Assembly: GCA_030614005.1 (NCBI GenBank)
Contig: JAUWKS010000039.1
Span: forward strand, 1 to 30,262
DNA: 30,262 nucleotides
Direction: 5' to 3'
Origin: Candidatus Heimdallarchaeota archaeon
GTDB lineage: Archaea > Asgardarchaeota > Heimdallarchaeia > JABLTI01
Shown: piece by piece, positions 25,049 through 30,262 of the stretch
How positions within the stretch are numbered: position 1 is the stretch's first letter
Layout: each line of letters begins with the position of its first letter
Program-made: the position numbers and the translations under genes
Notes under the pieces: model-generated
Told to the model about the DNA's origin: nothing
Database searches by the model: none
Seen by the model: only the letters and a program-made list of their open reading frames with translations

Positions 25049-27805
25049 TTGTCCATAGATATTAACAAATTAAAAGATGAAATCAGAAAAAGCTCTAAAG
25101 ATAATCCAGAGAAATTTTACCCTGTAGACTCGTTACAAGAATTAGGATTCAGCAGAGGGATTTGCATTCATTGTGGTAAATCATTCTGGACAATCGGTGA
25201 AAGAGATTTTTGTGATGAACCTGAATGTCGTCTTAAAAGTGGTCTTATGCCATATGGTTTTATTAATGACCCACCATCAACTAAACGATATAATTATACT
25301 GAAACATGGAAGAATGCTTGGGTACCCATTTTTGAAAAACATGGGCATACAGTAATACCAAGGTATCCTATAGTCGCACGTTGGAGAGATGATGCTGAAT
25401 TTGTTCAAGCTTCTGTGTATGGTTTTCAACCCCATGTTGTAAGTGGTGAAGTTGATCCCCCTGCTAATCCAGTACTAATTCCTCAGCCTTGCCTGCGATT
25501 TAATGACATAGATAATGTTGGTTTATCCGGAAGGCATTTGACATCTTTTGTAATGGTAGGTGAGTTAGTCTTCAACAAACCAGGAAAATTCATCTATTTT
25601 ATGGATGATGGAATAAAATATATTCACGATTATTTAACCACAGGTCTTGGTATAAAACCACAAGAAATAGTTTATCATGAGGATGCTTGGGGTGGTGGTG
25701 GTAATCTTGGCAGTTCCATGGAATTCTTCGTACGAGGATTAGAAGTTGGCAATCAAGTTTATATGACCTATAAAATAGAACCGAATGGTAGTTATTCCAA
25801 ATTATCTACTACCGTAATTGATATGGGCGCAGGATTAGGTCGTTCTACTTGGCTCATAAATGGCACTCCAACTCAATATGAAGCTAATTTTGATACTGTT
25901 CTTCCAAAAGTACTCAAAAAAGTAGGCTTTAAACCCGATCAAACTTTATGGGAAAAATATGCTCGATTCAGTGGTGTTCTAAATTACCTCGAGACAGATG
26001 TTGCTAGCGTTTGGGTAGATGTTGCCAAATCATTGAATACTGATCCTAATATTTTGAAAGCTGAAATACAACCAATGAAAGCTGTATACTCTGTTATTGA
26101 TCACACTAGAACTCTTCTTTGGGCAATTTCTGATGGTGCACTGCCTTCAAATGTTGGTGGTGGATACAATCTACGTTTCTTACTCAGAAGAGCATGGTCA
26201 ATAGTAGCTGAAAATGACTGGAATCTCGATCTGTTTGATCTTATTGATTGGCATATGGATGATTTAAAAGATCTCTTCCCAGGTTACGCAAAACACGGTG
26301 AAACTGTTAAAGAAGTATTTGAAGTTGAATACAAGCGCTTTAAAACAAATAAAGCGAAAGGGATGAAAATTCTCAAGAAGAAATTGAAGTCTTCTAAATC
26401 AATTTCAGTTGATGAATTAGTAACTCTCTACGATTCTAATGGCATTGTTCCCGAAATGCTTGTAGAAGTCTCAAAAGAGCTAGGTTTAGAAGTAAGAATC
26501 CCTGATGATTTTTACAGCAGATTACATGCTATCCATGAAAAAACAAGTCGCGCAAAACCATTAGCCACACAAGGAGATTATAAAATACCTGAAGATTTAC
26601 CTGATACTATCATAGATTATGATGAGCTGAATTTTGAGGGAGAAGTTTTGTGGCAAAAGGATGATCTCATTGTCTTAAAGAAGACTGGATTTTACCCTAC
26701 TTCTGGTGGGCAATTACATGATCTTGGTTCAATTGACGGTATTGCTCTTAAAGAAGTAAGAAAAGTGGGTGCAGTAGTTGTTCATGTCCTGGAAAAACCA
26801 CGCCCAACAAAACGGAAGAAAGTTCGATGCTCCGTAGATGTTTATAGAAGAACTATCTTAATGCGACATCATACAGCAACCCATATTATTAATGCTGCAG
26901 CGAGAGAAGTTCTAGGCACTCATGTTTGGCAAGCAGGTGCAGAGAAAACCATGGAAAAGGGTCGATTGGATATTACTCATTTTGATTCCTTGACTCGAGA
27001 ACAGATGGCTGCAATTGAGAAACGATCAAATGAAATCGTTTACCTGAATATTCCAGTAACAATTGAAGTATTACCTCGAGATATTGCAGAGCAAAGATAT
27101 GGTTTTACCATTTATCAAGGTGGAGCCATTCCTGAGAAGAATCTACGAATAGTTGCAATCGATGACATTGATATCGAATGTTGTAGTGGAACTCATACAG
27201 AAAGGACAGGAGACGTAGGACCAATTGTTCTTTTAAGTTCAGAAAGAATACAAGATGGCATCGTTCGATTAGAATACGTTTCTGGAGAAACAGCTGTGAA
27301 TGCCATTCAAAGAAGAAATCAGATTGTACAAGAAACACTAGATATGTGGGGAATTGATCTCCCAGCTTTGCCTGCAACAGCACAACGATTCTTTAATGAA
27401 TGGAAAGCACAGAAAAAAGAGCTGCTTGAAATAAAGAAAGGTAAAGCCTTACTAGAATCTGAATTATTGGAAAAGAAAATGATTTCAGTTGGAAAAGTAA
27501 AAATCCTCGCTGAAAAGCTATCTGGGGATGCAGAATATCTCAGTCAATTAATCTTCACTTTAACAGCTAAGAACAAAGATCTCATAATATTACTAATAGA
27601 AGAAGAATCACTGTTCATGGCTATTGGCGCAGGAAAGAAAGCAGCAACCATTTTCTCAAGTAACGATCTTCTGAAAGAAACCTCTAAAGTCATGGGAGGC
27701 TCTGGTGGCGGGAAAGCCGATTTTGCTAGAGGAAGTGGAAAAGAACCCAAGAAAATACCCGAGGCAATAGCAAAATTCAAACTACTTGTAGAATCCAAAA
27801 AATAG
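25049..27805 (+). CDS. alaS: Alanine--tRNA ligase, archaeal type
   Basis: N-terminal CxxC...C motif, QPCLRFNDIDNVG, DMGAGLGR, DHTRT, editing motifs MRHHTATH and ECCSGTH, C-terminal GGSGGG; TTG start. Confidence 0.97.
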   Translation: MSIDINKLKDEIRKSSKDNPEKFYPVDSLQELGFSRGICIHCGKSFWTIGERDFCDEPECRLKSGLMPYGFINDPPSTKRYNYTETWKNAWVPIFEKHGHTVIPRYPIVARWRDDAEFVQASVYGFQPHVVSGEVDPPANPVLIPQPCLRFNDIDNVGLSGRHLTSFVMVGELVFNKPGKFIYFMDDGIKYIHDYLTTGLGIKPQEIVYHEDAWGGGGNLGSSMEFFVRGLEVGNQVYMTYKIEPNGSYSKLSTTVIDMGAGLGRSTWLINGTPTQYEANFDTVLPKVLKKVGFKPDQTLWEKYARFSGVLNYLETDVASVWVDVAKSLNTDPNILKAEIQPMKAVYSVIDHTRTLLWAISDGALPSNVGGGYNLRFLLRRAWSIVAENDWNLDLFDLIDWHMDDLKDLFPGYAKHGETVKEVFEVEYKRFKTNKAKGMKILKKKLKSSKSISVDELVTLYDSNGIVPEMLVEVSKELGLEVRIPDDFYSRLHAIHEKTSRAKPLATQGDYKIPEDLPDTIIDYDELNFEGEVLWQKDDLIVLKKTGFYPTSGGQLHDLGSIDGIALKEVRKVGAVVVHVLEKPRPTKRKKVRCSVDVYRRTILMRHHTATHIINAAAREVLGTHVWQAGAEKTMEKGRLDITHFDSLTREQMAAIEKRSNEIVYLNIPVTIEVLPRDIAEQRYGFTIYQGGAIPEKNLRIVAIDDIDIECCSGTHTERTGDVGPIVLLSSERIQDGIVRLEYVSGETAVNAIQRRNQIVQETLDMWGIDLPALPATAQRFFNEWKAQKKELLEIKKGKALLESELLEKKMISVGKVKILAEKLSGDAEYLSQLIFTLTAKNKDLIILLIEEESLFMAIGAGKKAATIFSSNDLLKETSKVMGGSGGGKADFARGSGKEPKKIPEAIAKFKLLVESKK

Positions 27806-27854
27806 CCTGAAAAAATAATTAAAAAGTTAAGGATAAAGTGAACTATTTCAAGTT

Positions 27855-28928
27855 TCACTTTATTTCTACTGCTTTTCCAGTTTTTGCTGCTTCAATTGCA
27901 GCTTCTATACACCTTACAGCGTCAGTTCCTTCTATGTCTGAAACTAATGGTTTCTTTCTGGAATCAATACAACTAAGAAAATCTTTGTCTTCAAGATAAA
28001 GGGGTTCTTGATCTTTACCCGCAGCAAGATAGTGATTAGTAACTTCAGTTGCTCTATAAGCTCCGAGAAACTCTGAGAATGAGTTACTAAGAGAGTGTTG
28101 TGCAAGCCCTTTTTCACTCATTATTGTTTGTAAAATGAAATCTAAAGTGACAACATCTTGAGTTGTTTGAACAATTAGTTTTCTACGTTTTAGATTTGGA
28201 TAAGCTCTCCAAGTTGCTCGGCAATCAAAGAGAATTGGATTTGTCTCTTGCCCTTTGAAGCCTTCATACTCGAAAATAGCAAAAAGCTCGACTTCATAAG
28301 GGAAGCCTTCAATATAACACGCTGTTGCAGTAACTCTCTTTGGAATCTTTCCAAGTAATCCATTTACGACATCAACATCATGAACCATAAAATCATGCCC
28401 GCAACCAAGATAATTGGAATCTAATTTTTTCCCGTCTAATTTCATTGGTCCAGGTCCAACTCTTCGACCTGTAAGATGCATAATTTTATCTTCGGTTTGT
28501 GCTTCCTCAAGAAGTGACTTCAAAGTGACTACAACTGGATTATATCTTTCTAAATGTCCTACTTGAATAATTCGATTATGCTCTTTCGCTTTTTTGGAAA
28601 TTTCATTGCACTCTTCTACGGTTGGAGCTAATGGTTTTTCGCATAATATATCACAATGTTCCAGAATTTTCATCGCTATCTCTTTGTGAATTTTCGTTGG
28701 AATCGCGAGAATTGCTCCAGACAAATTTTCTTTTTCAAGCATTACATTAAGATCATCGTATCTATTCTCTTCAGGAATATCGTTGAGATCGCCGATTTGT
28801 TTCAATCGATCTTTGTCTGCATCACAAATAACTACTTTATCACAGAAACTTTCGGAATGTAGTCGAACTACATTTCTGACATGGTTTTTTCCCCATTTTC
28901 CCAAACCTATAATGGCAATTGTTTTCAT
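27855..28928 (-). CDS. Gfo/Idh/MocA-family NAD(P)-dependent oxidoreductase (possibly nucleotide-sugar dehydrogenase-like)
   Basis: IAIIGLGKWG Rossmann motif, ILCEKP, VGHLERYNP, DFMVHDVD. Confidence 0.9.
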   Translation of the reverse strand: MKTIAIIGLGKWGKNHVRNVVRLHSESFCDKVVICDADKDRLKQIGDLNDIPEENRYDDLNVMLEKENLSGAILAIPTKIHKEIAMKILEHCDILCEKPLAPTVEECNEISKKAKEHNRIIQVGHLERYNPVVVTLKSLLEEAQTEDKIMHLTGRRVGPGPMKLDGKKLDSNYLGCGHDFMVHDVDVVNGLLGKIPKRVTATACYIEGFPYEVELFAIFEYEGFKGQETNPILFDCRATWRAYPNLKRRKLIVQTTQDVVTLDFILQTIMSEKGLAQHSLSNSFSEFLGAYRATEVTNHYLAAGKDQEPLYLEDKDFLSCIDSRKKPLVSDIEGTDAVRCIEAAIEAAKTGKAVEIK

Positions 28929-29089
28929 AGTAAGGTACCTCTTAAACTATGAAAGGTTTTGTTAAATTCATTTTAAAATTTTCTATGAAGTAAGAAAATG
29001 AAAAATAATACTATAATATTTAAGCAATTATTGTTTTAGAGTTCGAGTAGCATTTAATAATAGGTCGATAAATAGTAAATAAAGGATGG

Positions 29090-29575
29090 ATGCTAATGCA
29101 ATACGAATCGCCACTTTCACCATATGACGCAATAAAAAAAACAGAGAAATTTTTTACAGAAGAACTACTAAATGTAACAATTAAAGAAAAACCAATTGGC
29201 AAAGGAGATGCTCAAATGATAGATGTTGGCATTTCTGGTGGAAAGTGGGAAATATTCTGGATGAAAGTATATGCTTCAAAAAATCCTGTTGGTGGATCTA
29301 TAATAACAACAAAAGGACGTTCTGGCTTACAACAATTATCATTCGCAGCAATTATACTTGTGCTATCAGGACCCTTCTTTTTCTTAGTGTTTTCGAATGA
29401 AAACTATTGGGTACTTGCGTTTCCAGTATTGCTTCTTGTGGTGGGTTTTCTAAGCATACTAATGCCTATAATACGTGTAAGAACCACAAGCAAGCAATTA
29501 AAAGAAGTATTGACCGGCTCTCGAGATGTTATTAAAGGTGGAAAGAGTTCTTCCTCAACAATAAGACTTGAATAA
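29090..29575 (+). CDS. Hypothetical membrane protein with two C-terminal TM helices
   Basis: Hydrophobic segments SFAAIILVLSGPFFFLVF and YWVLAFPVLLLVVGFLSILMPII; no family recognised. Confidence 0.6.
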   Translation: MLMQYESPLSPYDAIKKTEKFFTEELLNVTIKEKPIGKGDAQMIDVGISGGKWEIFWMKVYASKNPVGGSIITTKGRSGLQQLSFAAIILVLSGPFFFLVFSNENYWVLAFPVLLLVVGFLSILMPIIRVRTTSKQLKEVLTGSRDVIKGGKSSSSTIRLE

Positions 29576-29738
29576 TAGATAAACAATAAATAGTTTACTT
29601 ATTTATTCGAAAGAATAATAGGTAGCAAAAATAGTGGTATTTTAAGTAATTATTTAACTAAAAAAAAAAATAGAAGAAAAAATCCTCTTAGATAAAGATT
29701 AAATAAAGAGTAACGATAATGATAACGCAAAAAATAAA

Positions 29739-30248
29739 GTGATAGAAATGAAAACAAAAGTTGTCGTAAAGAAGTTTTTGGGTACAGGAAGTACAATGGC
29801 AAAGCTAACCTTTTACCCTAATCGAAAATATTATACTCCTGTAATGAAAGTCAAAATTGAAATCTTTACCGGAAGAAACAGTGAAGGTTCTTTCGATTGC
29901 GATAGTATTGCTGAAGTTTCAGAAAAAATCCAAGCGTTTTACTTAGAGAGGAACGGTCATGATTTAGAAGTAAGACGTTTAGCTAGGTGGTATATTGAGT
30001 ACCTTGAAGAAGCTGGTCTCGAACCACCCGAACTGAACAAGATACTAAATGATATGCAATCTAAACCATCTGAAGTACAAGCAAGAGAAGGTTCTGCTGA
30101 GGAACCTGTTGAAGAAGTGATTGCTGAGGAACCTGTAGAGGAAGTGATTCCTGAGGAACCTGTAGAGGAAGTGATTGCTGAGGAACCTGAAGAGGAAGTT
30201 CTTGCTGATGAACCTGTTGATGAAGTGGTTACTGAGGAACCTGTATAA
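29739..30248 (+). CDS. Hypothetical protein with a globular N-domain and an acidic repeat tail (start GTG 29739 or ATG 29748)
   Basis: 169-aa ORF with normal composition up to about residue 110, then (A/P)EEPVEEVI repeats; no family recognised. Confidence 0.7.
   Translation: MIEMKTKVVVKKFLGTGSTMAKLTFYPNRKYYTPVMKVKIEIFTGRNSEGSFDCDSIAEVSEKIQAFYLERNGHDLEVRRLARWYIEYLEEAGLEPPELNKILNDMQSKPSEVQAREGSAEEPVEEVIAEEPVEEVIPEEPVEEVIAEEPEEEVLADEPVDEVVTEEPV
30096..30245 (+). repeat. About 5.5 tandem 27-nt coding repeats (AEEPVEEVI)
   Basis: Units at 30096, 30123, 30150, 30177, 30204 and a partial unit at 30231; adjacent, in frame, no spacers. Confidence 0.9.
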
Positions 30249-30262
30249 GAAGTATTAGATGA

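Noticed and set aside
30096-30245. Possible CRISPR array
   Set aside because: Units are adjacent, in frame and degenerate, with no spacers and no cas genes nearby; it is a coding repeat.

Overview
AT-rich archaeal chromosomal segment. The eS4/eL32/eL19/Rpp29 content and the uS3/uL14 sequence style suggest TACK/Asgard; an Asgard (Heimdallarchaeia-like) origin is my inference only. Left to right: the 5' third of a solo TnpB (IS200/IS605-type RNA-guided nuclease) running off the left edge and missed by the ORF track; rio2; an ArsR regulator with a 9-2-9 palindromic operator; pyrG; a tldD-pmbA pair in which pmbA is broken by an in-frame TAA; a fold-type II PLP enzyme; only the membrane-sector A/V-ATPase genes (C, K, I) with an aminotransferase between K and I; a small tandem C2H2 zinc-finger protein; a ~225-nt structured leader followed by an 18-gene uL22-to-uL15 cluster lacking the usual upstream L3-S19 genes and downstream secY; alaS; a Gfo/Idh/MocA oxidoreductase; a 2-TM hypothetical; and a hypothetical with an acidic (EEPVEEVIA)n tail. 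The most striking signals are histone-H1-like Lys/Thr/Ala/Pro tails of about 100-170 aa on three ribosomal proteins of one operon (uS3, eL32, uL18), the candidate ribosomal leader RNA, and the solo TnpB with an N-terminal extension. No rRNA, tRNA or CRISPR array was found.
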